DNA of 64,000 nt, taken from Antedon mediterranea (lineage: Eukaryota; Animalia; Echinodermata). The first letter of the stretch is position 1; the number at the start of each line of letters is the position of its first letter. Both the position numbers and the translations under genes were made by a program. The stretch covers positions 6,611,888-6,675,887 of the forward strand of contig NC_092676.1 in NCBI RefSeq assembly GCF_964355755.1, written 5' to 3'. The notes below the pieces were generated by a model, which made no database searches, was not told the DNA's origin, and saw nothing but the letters and a program-made list of their open reading frames with translations. Below, piece by piece: positions 1 through 19,500 of the stretch.

Positions 1-668
1 TATCACTATACTTGTTATCACTATAAAATTCAATGTTACACTTTGACACATTATACAGCTAAATATTCAACTTTGACATTTGTTAGAAGCATACTTACTT
101 CAACATCCCCACTCTCCCAAAAAGGAAAACCTACCAGTGGCCAACAAGATATACTACACTAGACATAATGTCATACCGTATAACAAACAAGAAATAATTA
201 ACAAAAGCAAAAACTGAAAACAAATTGAGTATCTAGGCCTACTGTCATAAAGTTTGAAAAAACTGTTAACATGTAAAACAATTAAATAAACGGGTTATTT
301 TAAAATAATGTATACTTCAAGCAGTGACAAGCAAAAAAAAATTAAAACAATTGGAATTTTAAGTTTATGTAATTTGTTTCTGTTATTGTTGCAAATTCCA
401 TTTACCAAATTGTTTATCCTTTGCATTATTTTATTTTTGATGCTAAAATAATTAATATCAATTAATAATTACTCAGTCAATACTTTGTGTGACAATTGAA
501 TCTGTATGATGTCGTCTGATCTTGGTAATTTTATTAAATAATATAGTCTGATAATTTAATAACAATCGTGTATCACATTATTGATGAATTTTATTACATT
601 TTATGATATTACAACTGCATGCTTTGATCCTACCCTCTACTCGTTTTGTAGTGTTTGCGTTCAATAAG

Positions 669-830
669 CGACTTCGATAACTCCAAGGTCAATCAGGACA
701 AAAAGTTCCATCTAGCCCCGAGTCTAGCGCGACGATGCAAATTTACATCACTACGCTAGGGCCTGCTAGATGGAACTTTTTGTCCCGATTGATCTTGTAA
801 ATATGGCGCCATCTGGAGTTATCACAGTCG
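669..830. mobile_element. Short palindromic (hairpin) MITE-like element
   Basis: Arms cgact..gataactcca / tggagttatc..agtcg and ggtcaatcaggacaaaaagttccatctagc / gctagatggaactttttgtcccgattgatc are inverted copies. No clear TSD. Confidence 0.55.
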
Positions 831-2137
831 ATTTAATGGTTATATGTAGGCCTATACATATTCAGAAAAGGAAGCTTCTTTGATTTTTGTTTTTCACTTG
901 TTAACCTAAATCCGATTCCGTAAACAATTAGAAATCTTATAAAATAAACAATTGAATATACAGCTCTAAAATACAGAGTAAGTTATATTATACATTACAC
1001 TATGATTCATAGTTCATCCTTCATATAAATACAGTATACTAACATTAGAGAGGTTTCGCAACGCTACAAATACGATAACGAAAACGGATTTGTCACGCAC
1101 ACGTATTCGTTTTCGTAAGCTAGTAACAATCTTGTTTCACATGGCAACGATTGTAAACCCTATGCTATTAATAATGCTGCAACGTGCTCCACTAGTAACC
1201 ACGTGTTGATAATCTGTTTAGATAATATTTAAACAATTGTCTTCCTTATTTAAATGATTCTGTTTAGTTTTAGTTTCATATTTCACGTTCTTACTAAGTG
1301 TAATACAATAGCACTAATTAAGGTAAATATTAACTCTTTAAAGACGCGAGGTTTCTACCTCAAGTGACTGAGGCTAAGAAAGAGAGAAATTATATTTAAC
1401 ATTAAGCAGGCAAGCAGGCGATGTATAAGTTTTGTTTCTTCTATATATAAATTATACTTAATTATGACATAGGCGAGCACAATGGAAAAACTTCGGGACA
1501 AATCTCAGCCCTAGATACCTACCTCATTCGTCTCATCTGTACCACGAAACGTAGATTTGATAACATTAGTACTTGCTATTACGATATCGTCCCATATTTC
1601 TATCTTAGGAAGATATTATAAAGGGTTTTAAAACAAAAGGTTTGATTTCATCGGCAGATTTTCAATCGAACGTGGTGGCGATAGCCATTTTAATTTTTTT
1701 ATTATTTTCTGACAAAAATAAAAATTATACTGCAAATTATAAAGATCAAATTAAATATATTTCATAAAGCATCGGAGTATATTGTGGGGAATAGTGTATA
1801 AAATTACATCAGGAGAACTGATGATAAGAAATCGAGTGAAACCCCGATAGCCTAGTAAGCTGACAGGAATAACTGTGATCTATGTGTCCCGTTAGGACCC
1901 TGGGATACTTCTGCTTATGTCGCAAGCCGTCTAAAACGTCTTTCTTCCTAGGCCGAAACGGTCCACCGTGTCGCGGAAGTTAGTTTAAAAAAATATTTAA
2001 AATAAATAATGTATTAATTATACCAATTAGGATGGTATTTATTTAAATAAACGCCCAACACCCATATAAAACATCACTTATAATAATAATCACCACCCCC
2101 TCCCTCAACCATCTAACAAATGCCGCCCCCATCCACA

Positions 2138-3070
2138 TTCAAGTTCAAGTTCAAGTTCAAATTTATTCACATAATGCAAACATATACAAAATATAAAAGA
2201 TACAAGTGGTTGGAAATTAAGTAAATAATAGTTGCATTATGCCTGGAGAATACCATTTAAACCCCAAGGGGCTTTAAGCCTGGATCCACCAGAAAGAATA
2301 AAAAAGTTAAAAATAATAATAATAAGCATAAGGTGAAGGTTAGCTACTGACAGACAGGGACGGACATGTACGACGATACAAACACGACAAGGACGACAGG
2401 AAGGACAAACTGTATTTATATGATTTGCCTAATTAAATCTAATTATAAGTTATTAATATGATCAAAATAATTAATTTACTTTATATTTTGATATTAGATA
2501 AGATTTGTAGTTTCTTTTTAGAGTATTATTTGTTTTGCTATTAGTTATTGACGGATTAAGAGAGTTCCAGAGTAGGGGACCGGTATGTAGTATAGAGTTA
2601 AGTATTTGCTTACTGCTATAGTTTTTGGAAATGTAGTTGTTTGCGTTCCTAGTGTTATATTTGTGTAGTTCGTTATTTTTAGTGAAGAAACCGTTGAAAG
2701 TGGATGGTAGTTTGTTCTTTGAGTACCTAAACATGAAGAGGGCAGTTTGCAATTTATTAATTTCAAAAATGTTTAGGGTATTTAGGGTGTGAAAAAGAGG
2801 TTTAGAGTGGGAGAGGTATTTTGAGAGAGTGCAAATGCGAAGGGCCTTTTTTTGGAGTTTGAAAAGTTTGTCTATTTTGGTTGTTTCCGTGCTGGTCCAT
2901 GGACAGAGAGTTCGATGTTTTGAGTTAGTGGCTGCCCATGCAATGTTGCAGTAAAAGAGATGTGGAAGTATTAGAGTATTATATAAAGAAAAAAGGATGT
3001 TAGACGGAAGAGTGAATTTAAGTTTATTTAGTATGCCAAGAACCACACTTCCTAATTTACATTTATACAC
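2138..3070 (-). mobile_element. 5'-truncated LINE (CR1/L2 group, Crack/Daphne-like), C-terminal ORF2 fragment plus 3' UTR and tail
   Basis: ORF 2471..3070 has post-RT motifs LYNTLILPHLFYCNIAW, LQKKALRI, HSKPLF, HKYNTR and GPLLWNSL. (TTCAAG)n at 2138-2160 is the 3' microsatellite tail. Confidence 0.85.
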
Positions 3071-3511
3071 ACAACATTGTATTATATTTATAACACAATT
3101 ATACTATTAGCCCCCCCCCCTTCTTTCTGATTTGGATTGCCTCTCTGATTCTACGCTTGAATGGGCTAGAGTCTCTGTCAAGGATTTTAGCCCCCTCCAA
3201 GTCGATGATGCGGTTTTCTTGAGCTACATGGTTTGTGATGGCGGATTTGTGGGTTTCGGATGTTGATTCTTTACTAGTTTATTACTTGTTACCACTTTTT
3301 ATATCTATTAAAGGGTTTTATTTGATTATAAATGTTACCATATTATTAAACTAAAAAAATAAACGTATTCTTCGAGTAAGCACCTCCCTCAAATGAACTC
3401 CTCCCCATCACGCGTTATATCACATGACTACTGAAACCAATTATTTATAATTATATGAGACTATTAGACGTTGTCATTCAGGTTTTGCATTTGAATCTGT
3501 TCGTACGAAAC

Positions 3512-10084
<6,573 letters not shown>

Positions 10085-10516
10085 TTTTAGGTAAGTTAAA
10101 ATTAGTTAATTATTTAGTTATCCCACCCGCTCGATTAAAAAATGAATAAATAAATCGCCTTCTTAGTTTTAAATTATGGATACGGCCACAACTATGCAAA
10201 AGAAAAGGAAAAACCAAAAACCAAAACAACTGCAGTTTATAATAAGTTAAAAAGATTCAGCAAAGATAATTATGGCGACGTTAACTTGATAACAGTGACA
10301 TTACATTTTGATTGGCTGTTTTAAGCACCCGTTCTTTGTAGGCTACCTGTATTTAGATTTCTCCAGTATTATAAGAAAATTTGGTAAATAAATATACAAC
10401 ATCACATGTATTTCATATTTATCTCCAATTATCATACCATAAACAAATCATTAACATAAAACCATGATGCGGGCACCACATGTGATCCAACAGCATTAGT
10501 AGAAGCAAAAATAACA

Positions 10517-11730
10517 TCAGCAGCAGCAACAACAGCAGCAGCAACAGCAGGAAAGCAACAGCAACGACAGTAGCAGCATCAATAATAACAGCAGCAACAA
10601 CAGTAGCAGCAACAACAGTAGTAGCAGCAACAGCAGCAGCAGAAACAACAACAGCAGCAGCAACAGCAAAACAGTAGCAGCAAAAACAACAGAAGCAGCA
10701 ATATCAGCAGCAGCAGCAGCAACAACAGTAGCAGCAACATCAGCAAAGGAGCAACAGCAGCAAAAGAGCAACATAAACCACATCAGTAGCAAGAATCATA
10801 GCAGCAACAGCAGCAGCAACAACGGCAGCAGCAGCAACAATAGCATCAGTAAAATCAGCAACAACAACAGTAGTAGCAGCAACAACAATAGTAACATCAA
10901 CAACAGTAGCATTATCCCCTGTAGCAGCAACAGCAGCAACAACAGCAGCAACAGCAGCAACAACAACAGCAGCAGCAACGACATCAGCAAAAACAGCAGC
11001 AGTAACAACAGCAGCAACAGCAAAAGTAGCAGCAGCAACATCAGCAGCAACAACAGTAGCAGCAACAACAGCAGTAGCAGCAGCAACATCAACAGCAGCA
11101 ACAACAGTAGCAGCAACAACAGTAGCAGCAACAACAGCAGTAGCAGCAGCAGCAACATCAGTAGCAACAACAGCAGCAACAACAGTAGTAGCAGCAGCAG
11201 CATCAGCAGCTACAACAGCAGCAGCAACAATGGAAGAACTAATGTCAGCATAACTCATTCATTTCATCTTTTATTTCGGAAAAAATAATACAGCAGCAGC
11301 AACAATAGCATCAGTAAAATCAGCAACAACAACAGTAGTAGCAGCAACAACAATAGTAACATCAACAACAGTAGCATTATCCCCTGTAGCAGCAACAGCA
11401 GCAACAACAGCAGCAACAGCAGCAACAACAACAGCAGCAGCAACGACATCAGCAAAAACAGCAGCAGTAACAACAGCAGCAGCAGCAACATCAGCAGCAA
11501 CAACAGTAGCAGCAACAACAGCAGTAGCAGCAGCAACATCAACAGCAGCAACAACAGTAGCAGCAACAACAGTAGCAGCAACAACAGCAGTAGCAGCAGC
11601 AGCAACATCAGTAGCAACAACAGCAGCAACAACAGTAGTAGCAGCAGCAGCATCAGCAGCAGCAACAATGGAAGAACTAATGTCAGCATAACTCATTCAT
11701 TTCATCTTTTATTTCGGAAAAAATAATACA
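10517..11730. repeat. Cryptic triplet repeat (GCA/ACA/GTA/TCA) with an internal ~440-bp tandem duplication
   Basis: The block ending atggaagaactaatgtcagcataactcattcatttcatcttttatttcggaaaaaataataca occurs twice (ends near 11290 and 11730). It is the source of the poly-Leu and Ala/Val ORFs. Confidence 0.9.
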
Positions 11731-13906
11731 GAGTACAAAATTCTCCATAGGTCAAGAGCAAATTAGTGTCTACAAGAAGTAAACACAAATAGTAAATACA
11801 GCATCAACTAATAATGCTATCATACTTTGGACTAGAAAACACACTTCATCTGCAAAGAAAAATTTACTTAGGTGTTTATCAATCTTGATATAATAACAAA
11901 TTTACAACCTACACCTATAATACATAAAGTCAAGCCGTCAGACATGAATGAATGAATAACGATTAAAACTTACTCATTTGGTTTTTGTATTTTTGTTGCA
12001 ATCAATAATCTTTTGTTTAATTCTAGAAAGTGTGTACGGTCATTAAAGAGTATAAGCGATATATAAACAGCAGTTCAATTATGCAAATCATAACCCACAA
12101 TGCATTTAATAATAATAATTTATTTGGAGATTACACTTTTACAACAGTGGCACTCGACCAAATGGAAGGTGCATCCAAGAGAAATATACATTTTATTCTT
12201 TTTTCTTCTAGATTTACATTTTAGGTCAATTGTTATCGACGATAATAGGTAATACGTACATTTAAAAAATTCAGAAGATATTGTGATTTTGAAGTGGTTA
12301 GCAGGCCTAGTAAAATCATCTAATTGTTGGAAATGTAGAAAATGTAAAAACAACGCACACACATATTATTCTGAGGCACGCGTTCAGGTGATGGTAATGC
12401 TGAAGTGACATGTCGAATGTAGGAAGATAAACATAGATGATTCTCTAAACTAAAAATTGGAAGCGTAATGGTTTTTTTTTAAAAATATAGGATTTGCATA
12501 GTTTTAAAAAGCTCTTATGATACGTTCGATGTATTACTTCGATAAAATAATAACAATTTTTTGTTTATCTTTTCAATCATAGTCAAAATAAGTACAAGGG
12601 TATGCCAACGTTCCATCTTTTCTGCCGACAGAACACGGACCGCCAACAATGTTGCAAAATAAACACTATTGGAACGGTTAGTGACGTATCAGGACGATTT
12701 AGCCAGCCAACCCAGATCAGAGACCTCAGTTTTAATTTGATTAAACCCGCTGATTGGCTGTGACATAGATGACCTAAGCATTATAATACACTATTTCAAT
12801 TTAATCACCAGGCACCACAATATAAATAAAATCACATCAAAAAGATTCACACAAAAAAACGGTGCTTTGTCATATACTGTATTTAAAACTAAATTATGGC
12901 ACATGGTTAATAAATACATGGTCAAATGCGTAATTTAGTATTGTAACGTAATTTTAAATTTTCGGAGGTTTTCTGAAGAAGAAGATAATTCAAATAAAAA
13001 TTACATTTTATTAATAATAATTATGAACTACTTAAAACATTTCCTAAAAAAGTGAACTTTCCGTAGTCCGATTTTAATCAAAATAGTTGTATTTATTTAT
13101 TTTTTATTTTTATTTATTAAAACATATTTAGGCAGAATAATTCAGAAAAGAAAAGTTCACAAAAAGATCACAAATTTCTGTATGGCAATATCTTGTTCTC
13201 AATCACTCGATGCAGATGCATCAATAGAGTAATATTATATTGCGCATACGATTTCTAAATGTTGTTGATCTTGATTAGCGGCAACATACATGGTGTTCAA
13301 AGAGCATGTTTGGCAACCGTGCTTTTGCATAGGATAGCTCGGTGGAAACTCGTTTGATGTCACCGTCGATATAATATCCTCCTACTTATTTTGTCCATGA
13401 TTCAATCATCATTTAGTTTCATATTATAAATAAGTTATAAATATTAAACTATATAACTATTATATCAATACGTTGTCTCTTGATTGTTTACATTTTGTTA
13501 ACGGTCTCTTCAATACTTAATATCATAAAAGTACATATTTATGATTGTTTTATGATTAGCTGCTGTTCTAAAAATGTTAATAGGGACTTGACAAAACAGG
13601 ACGGGAAGCCACAGGACGGTGCTCATTAATAATGAATGAGCTTCAACAAAGTGGGCGGAGCTTAGCGTGAAATTCCGTCGTAACTTTTTGAAGACGATAA
13701 AGTTCGAATTTTACCGTTTACGGATAACGACTAGAAATAATGGCATATAACCTTAAAAAGACAGTTCAAATTAAACTTAAAAGTGGCATTTTCGAAACTC
13801 TAAATAACATTTAAACTTCTAATTTAATTGTTTAACGAAATAACATTTTAATTGGATTAAAATGGCTGTGTTAAAAGCAATACCTTTTGCGCGGCGTTTG
13901 AATGCG
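10727..13906 (+). repeat. Copy 1 of a ~3-kb direct repeat (copy 2 at 61215-64000, running off the window)
   Basis: Colinear match from acatcagcaaaggagcaac through gcgcggcgtttgaatgcg, with a non-matching patch near 12000-12200. Confidence 0.9.
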
Positions 13907-14177
13907 ATGCCTCTAGCTAGGAAGGCCTATGCTGTATCACCAGAGCCAAGCGATTCAGAAGGGCCCCGCGCCGCGTGACAGGGGAGGGAGAGAGATATAC
14001 TGGCGGTCGTCGTCTACGCTCAAGAGTGCCTATTATTTGTACATGCACGGTAACATTTGGCAACATGTTTGGTAGGCCTACAAAAAGTCTTTAAGAAAAA
14101 AATTTACAATTTTGATAGAATAGCGACAATATTACTGTAATATCGTGGCTATTCCATACATGCGCTGCCAACATTAA

Positions 14178-14267
14178 ACAAGGCCATATACATGGCTGCA
14201 GTCGCCTGCTCAAGTTAGTGTTTCAACCGAACAATCGACCGACCAACCCACATAGTGAACTGTATAT
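14178..14267 (-). mobile_element. Degenerate HINE/Helentron copy (family of 3943-4050)
   Basis: aacaaggccatatacatggctgcagtcgc..cgaccgaccaacccacatagtgaactgtata. Confidence 0.5.
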
Positions 14268-14289
14268 AAACAGGAGATTGTGTTTGTTA

Positions 14290-14885
14290 CAGAGCCATAT
14301 ATATAGAGAGAGTTACGACTTTGCGTTCACGGATTTTAGAAAGTCACGTGGTGTGCACGCCGGCCATGTTTGTGTCCAACTATGCTTATGTAGCGTATGG
14401 AATTCGAGTCATTTGCTTAAAAAATGTATAACATTCACAAGGCTTTAAATATCGAATTTAATATCAAAACAATCAATTTGTTTAAAGGTTTTTGTTAAGA
14501 TAATAACGAAATCATAAAGTTACTGCGAACATGATTTTAAACAACAACATGTAAAAACAATGCATTACTAGCTATAGAGAATCCCTGTACAAACTAAACG
14601 CGCACGCGTAGAGCGTGCATGGAGCGCACAACCAGAGCCGTTCCGAAATTGCTATTTTTGTTGTTTTAAATCATGTTCGCAGTAACTTTATAATTTTTTT
14701 ATTATTTTAACAAAAACCTTTAATCAAATTGATTGTTTTGATATTAAATTCGATAATTAAAGCCTTTTGAACGTTATACATTTTCAAAACAAAAGACTCA
14801 ACTCCATACGCTACATAGGAATAGTTGGACACAAACACGGCTTCTAATCCATTCAATGCCGTAACTCTCTCTATATATGGCTCTG
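14290..14885. mobile_element. MITE copy 1 (CAGAGCC..GGCTCTG ends, 8-bp TSD gtttgtta; P- or hAT-like)
   Basis: TIR cagagccatatatatagagagagttacg / cgtaactctctctatatatggctctg, with gtttgtta at 14282-14289 and 14886-14893. Confidence 0.88.
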
Positions 14886-16555
14886 GTTTGTTACAGAGCC
14901 ATATATAGAGAGAGTTACGACTTTGCGTTCACGGATTTTAGAAATAATAATAATAATAATAAGATTTGTATAGCACACATACCACTCCAGAGTGCTCAAG
15001 GCGCATTTAAAAATAAAAAAGAAATAAATCATACAAATTCCTGGCAAATAAAATGCAATTTCTTTGGAGGGTCCCCATCCGTTGTCGTTCTGTCGCGGTC
15101 CCGGACCCCTACCTAGGTGACCAAACAAAGGAACAGGATACACATTTGCCTTGCCACAGACGACCGGGTGCTCAGAGACAACAACCAAGACAGAGGCACC
15201 CCAAAGATAATGCTGGCCAGGAAAAGGTATACAAAACAATTCTAAGTCTAAACAACTTTAAGGAACCTCATGATTTCCATATGCCTTAATGAATAAATGT
15301 GTTTTTAATAATTTTTTAAAAGTATCAACAGTTTTGCAAAATCTTATAGAGCTCGGTAGAGCATTCCACAGACGAGGAGCAGTAACGGAGAATGCTCTGC
15401 CACCCCATGAGTGGTGAGACTTAGGCTGATGTAGAAGCAGCGAGTCACTAGAGCGCAGATTACGTCCGGGAACATACAGCCTAAGCATGTCAGAAATATA
15501 TTCAGGAGCCATGCCATTTATAGACTTAAAAACAAAGAGTAATATTTTAAAAACAATGCGGTACCTAACAGGGAGCCAATGCAATATTTCCAAAGTATTT
15601 GATATGTGTCCATATCTTGGTAATTTTTTAACAACTCGTGCCGCTGTATTTTGAATCAGTTGGAGCCTGTGGAGTTGTTTTTGTGGTAGCCCGTATAGCA
15701 AAGAGTTTACCATATCAAGTTGTGAAGTGACAAAAGCATGAACAAGTTGTTTAGCTGCTGTCTCATTTATAAACTTACGAATCCTTCGAATGTTTCGCAA
15801 GTGAAAAGACGACGCAGAAATAGTTTTTGAGATATGAGAAATCATAGTCATACCCACATCCATTTCAACCCCAAGATTTCTAACCTGCCTAGCCGGGTCA
15901 ATTTGGGTTTCACCAATGTGAATAAAGCTTGGTGGCAGTTTTTCCAACTGCTGTTTTGATCCAAAAAGAACAAATTCTGTTTTTTCATCATTTAATTTAA
16001 GAAAGTTGTTTTTCATCCAGACACGCAATTCATAGATACAATGTTGGAGCAATTCCAAAGAAATGTCACTGTGTTTCATAGTAGGTTTAAAAGAAATATA
16101 AATCTGAGTATCATCAGCATAAACATGATAGCACAGATCATATTTACTTATGATATCCCGTATCGGGTGTAAATAAATAGTAAACCATTGCGGCCCAAGA
16201 ACAGATCCTGGTGGTACCGAAAAGTTTAGAAAAGAAGCTTTTGAAATAGCATCACCAATACATACGTGTTGAGGTCGTTTTTCCAAATATGACCGACACC
16301 AATCATAAGTGCATTTCCTTCAATACCAATATAAGTACTGAGTCTATTTAGCAACACAGAATGATCAACCGTATCAAATGCTGCACTTAAATCTAATAAT
16401 ACTAGAGCAGTTAGCTTTCCATCATCCATCCCACGTACTGTAGGATGTCATTATTTACACGAAGTAATGCCGTTTCAGTACTGTGATGCGCTTTGTAGGC
16501 AGATTGATACGGATCAAGTAGGCCATGTTTTTGTACATGCGATAAAATCCGTTTA

Positions 16556-19500
16556 TTTATTTTATTTCATCATCACCCTACAGTGACCAAACGTCACCAT
16601 TAACAGGGCTGAAAGTCGTAAAATATAACATATAATATACAAGCAAAAATCAACAGATAACAAGACAACATTTAAATATTACTGACATTAGACAAAACCT
16701 TGTGACGGAAACAAGCAAGGGAATCAAAAAAAATATCAACAGATTCATCAATTTTACATAGTGAGTGGTATAACTTAGGCAAACGATTAACAAAACCATT
16801 TTTAGTAATATTTACCCTCCCTCTTGATATAGAAAATAAAGCAGGATAACGCAATTGATATTGTGGAACAGAAATAGGAAAGTACACTTCAAAATTACCA
16901 TGAAAAATTGAGTTCACAGCCTTAAAAAGAAAAATTAAATCAAATAACTTACGCCTACCCGCTAAATTAATAAGAACGTCTTTGCTAATAGAACCAAATT
17001 TACGCACATAAAATCGACAAAACTTGTTCTGAACACTTTGTAATCTAGAAGACTGGGCAAGAGAAATAGAGTTAAAAATAACACTGCAGAATTCAAGATT
17101 CGACCTAACTAAAGATTTGTATAAAATAACTAATGCCTTTTTATCGTTGATATGTCTGCAATGTCTCCAAAGAAAACCCAAAAGTCTATTGCATTTAGAG
17201 ACTATAAAATCAATATGTTTACAGAAGGTTAATGAACTATCTAAAAAAACACCAAGGTCTTTGTGAACAGAGACTCTTTCAAGTATAATATTCTTAATAT
17301 AAAAGTCAAAATAGATGGGTTTTTTCTTAAGAGTAAAAGACATTGATTTGCATTTAGAGGCATTGACTGACATATTCCAAGTGTCGCACCAGTGAATGAG
17401 TCTGTCAACGTCTTCTTGTAACAACAACATATCATTTAAAGTTTGTATAGACTTAAATAATTTGATATCGTCAGCAAACATAAGAACATTAGAATGACGA
17501 GGAACAAAGGAAAAATCGTTAATAAACATAATGAAAAAAAGAGGCCCCAAAATAGACCCCTGAGGCACGCCAGATAAAACTGGAAGCCATTCAGACGCGT
17601 TACCATCAAAAGTGACTCTCTGAAACCTGTCCGATAAATAACTTGTAAAAAATAAAATTAAATCGTGATTTAGACCAAATTGTTGAAGTTTAAACAAGAG
17701 CAACTTATGGGAGACCCTGTCAAAGGCTTTAGCCATGTCTGTATATACAACTTCGCATTGCCCTTTTGCATTTATTGCGTCATACGCATGTGACAACAGA
17801 ACAGACAAATTTGTTTCACAAGACCTTCCTGGGTAAAATCCGTGTTGATGGTCACTAATAACTGGTGATATATGTTTAAAAATTTGGTCGTGAACAATTT
17901 TTTCAAAAACTTTAGAAATAGTTGGCAACAATGAAACCGGTCTATAATTGCGTACATCAGATTTAGAACCAGCTTTAAAGATAGGGCACACGTTAGCTTG
18001 CTTCCATTTTATCGGAAAACGTTTCTCAGAAATGCATCTTTCAAATAAAATTTTACAAGGGAAAGAAAGAGGTTTGGCAGCTAAAGACAAAACAATATTA
18101 CTTAGACCATCATTACCTGAAGCCTTATGAGAATCAATTCCATTAATGTGCTTTTCTATAACCTCCTGATTAAACTCAAGTTTAGATAAGCAATCGATGG
18201 GATATTCAGGAAGATTAGGAACATCCAAATCGTTGTTAACAGGACTAAAAACAGAATAAAAAAATTGATTAAGTAAGCTTGCTTTGTCTTTTACAGTGTA
18301 AGCTGACTGATTATTAAAATGTAGTTCCGAAGGAATGTTATTATTATTTTTTCTTGAGGATTTTATCCAAGACCAAAAACGTTTCGGATTACAACTTAAA
18401 TTACAACATAATGAATTAACATAGGTTCGATACTTAAATCTACAAAGTCGTTTAAAATTTGACCTAGCAAATCGAAAATTTTCAATATTTAACCTATTTG
18501 GATTACGTTTTTTTTCTCTAAAATATGATTCTTTAGATTTCAAAGCAGTGTAGAGCTCATTATCAAACCATGGTGGGAGTTTTCTCTTAGGTCTGAAAAC
18601 AGGGACGAGATCTTTGATAGTAGCAAAAATAAAATCATAAAATAAATTAACTGCCTCATCAATGTCAACGGCAAGATCAAGTAAATTCCAAGGAATATGA
18701 GAAAGTGTTTGTATAAAATCTAATTTGTTAAGTTTTTTAAAATTATATAACAATCGATCGTCATTATTGATAAGGTGTTTGTTAAACTCTATAGGATATT
18801 TAAAATTTATTGCACAGTGATCAGAAGTGAAAATATCTTCACCGAATGAAACTTCATGGCATATAGTATTGCACAAGGCAAGATCAAGAGTGTGATCGGC
18901 ACATGTCGGAAAATATACAAATTGATTAAAATTATTACCCTGTAAAATATTATCTATAAAAAATTTGCCATTGGAGTTGTCGGGAGCTTCACATTCTACA
19001 ATATTGCACTTATTATAACTATTCAAACGCCATTTTATCTCAGGTAGATTAAAATCTCCTAATAACATAACGTCATGATTGAAACCCTGAAATTCATATT
19101 GCACATTGTTTATAGATTCACAGAGACGATCGATTTGAGATTTAGGTGCCGATGGTGGGCGATAATATATACCAATAATTAAACATTTTTTTCTAGACAG
19201 TTGAATTTTGACCCACATTAGTTCTTGACTTTCATCTTCAAACTTAATGAGACGACACGACCTGTATTTGTTGTTAATTAAGAGTAAAACTCCACCGCCT
19301 CTCTTGTCCTCTTGCCGGTCCCTGCGATATAGATTAAAGCCATCTAAAGACATTTCACAATCAATTAAAGTGTTATTTAACCAGGTTTCAGTTAATGCTA
19401 CAACGTCTATGTATCTTGTGCACATGTGACTAAACAATTCCGATTTATATGATTCCATTTTATTTTTTACACTACGAACGTTTTGGTAGTACACCTTTAA

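Noticed and set aside
1810-1975. Hammerhead ribozyme / Penelope LTR (ctgatga..gaaa; ggccgaaacggtc), also ctgatgag at ~48666
   Set aside because: I could not build stems I-III around the core motifs.
10517-11696. Poly-Leu, Ala/Val and Ser/Asn ORFs here and at 61090-61875 as real membrane proteins
   Set aside because: Several frames are open only because of the triplet repeat. There is no domain content or supporting gene structure.
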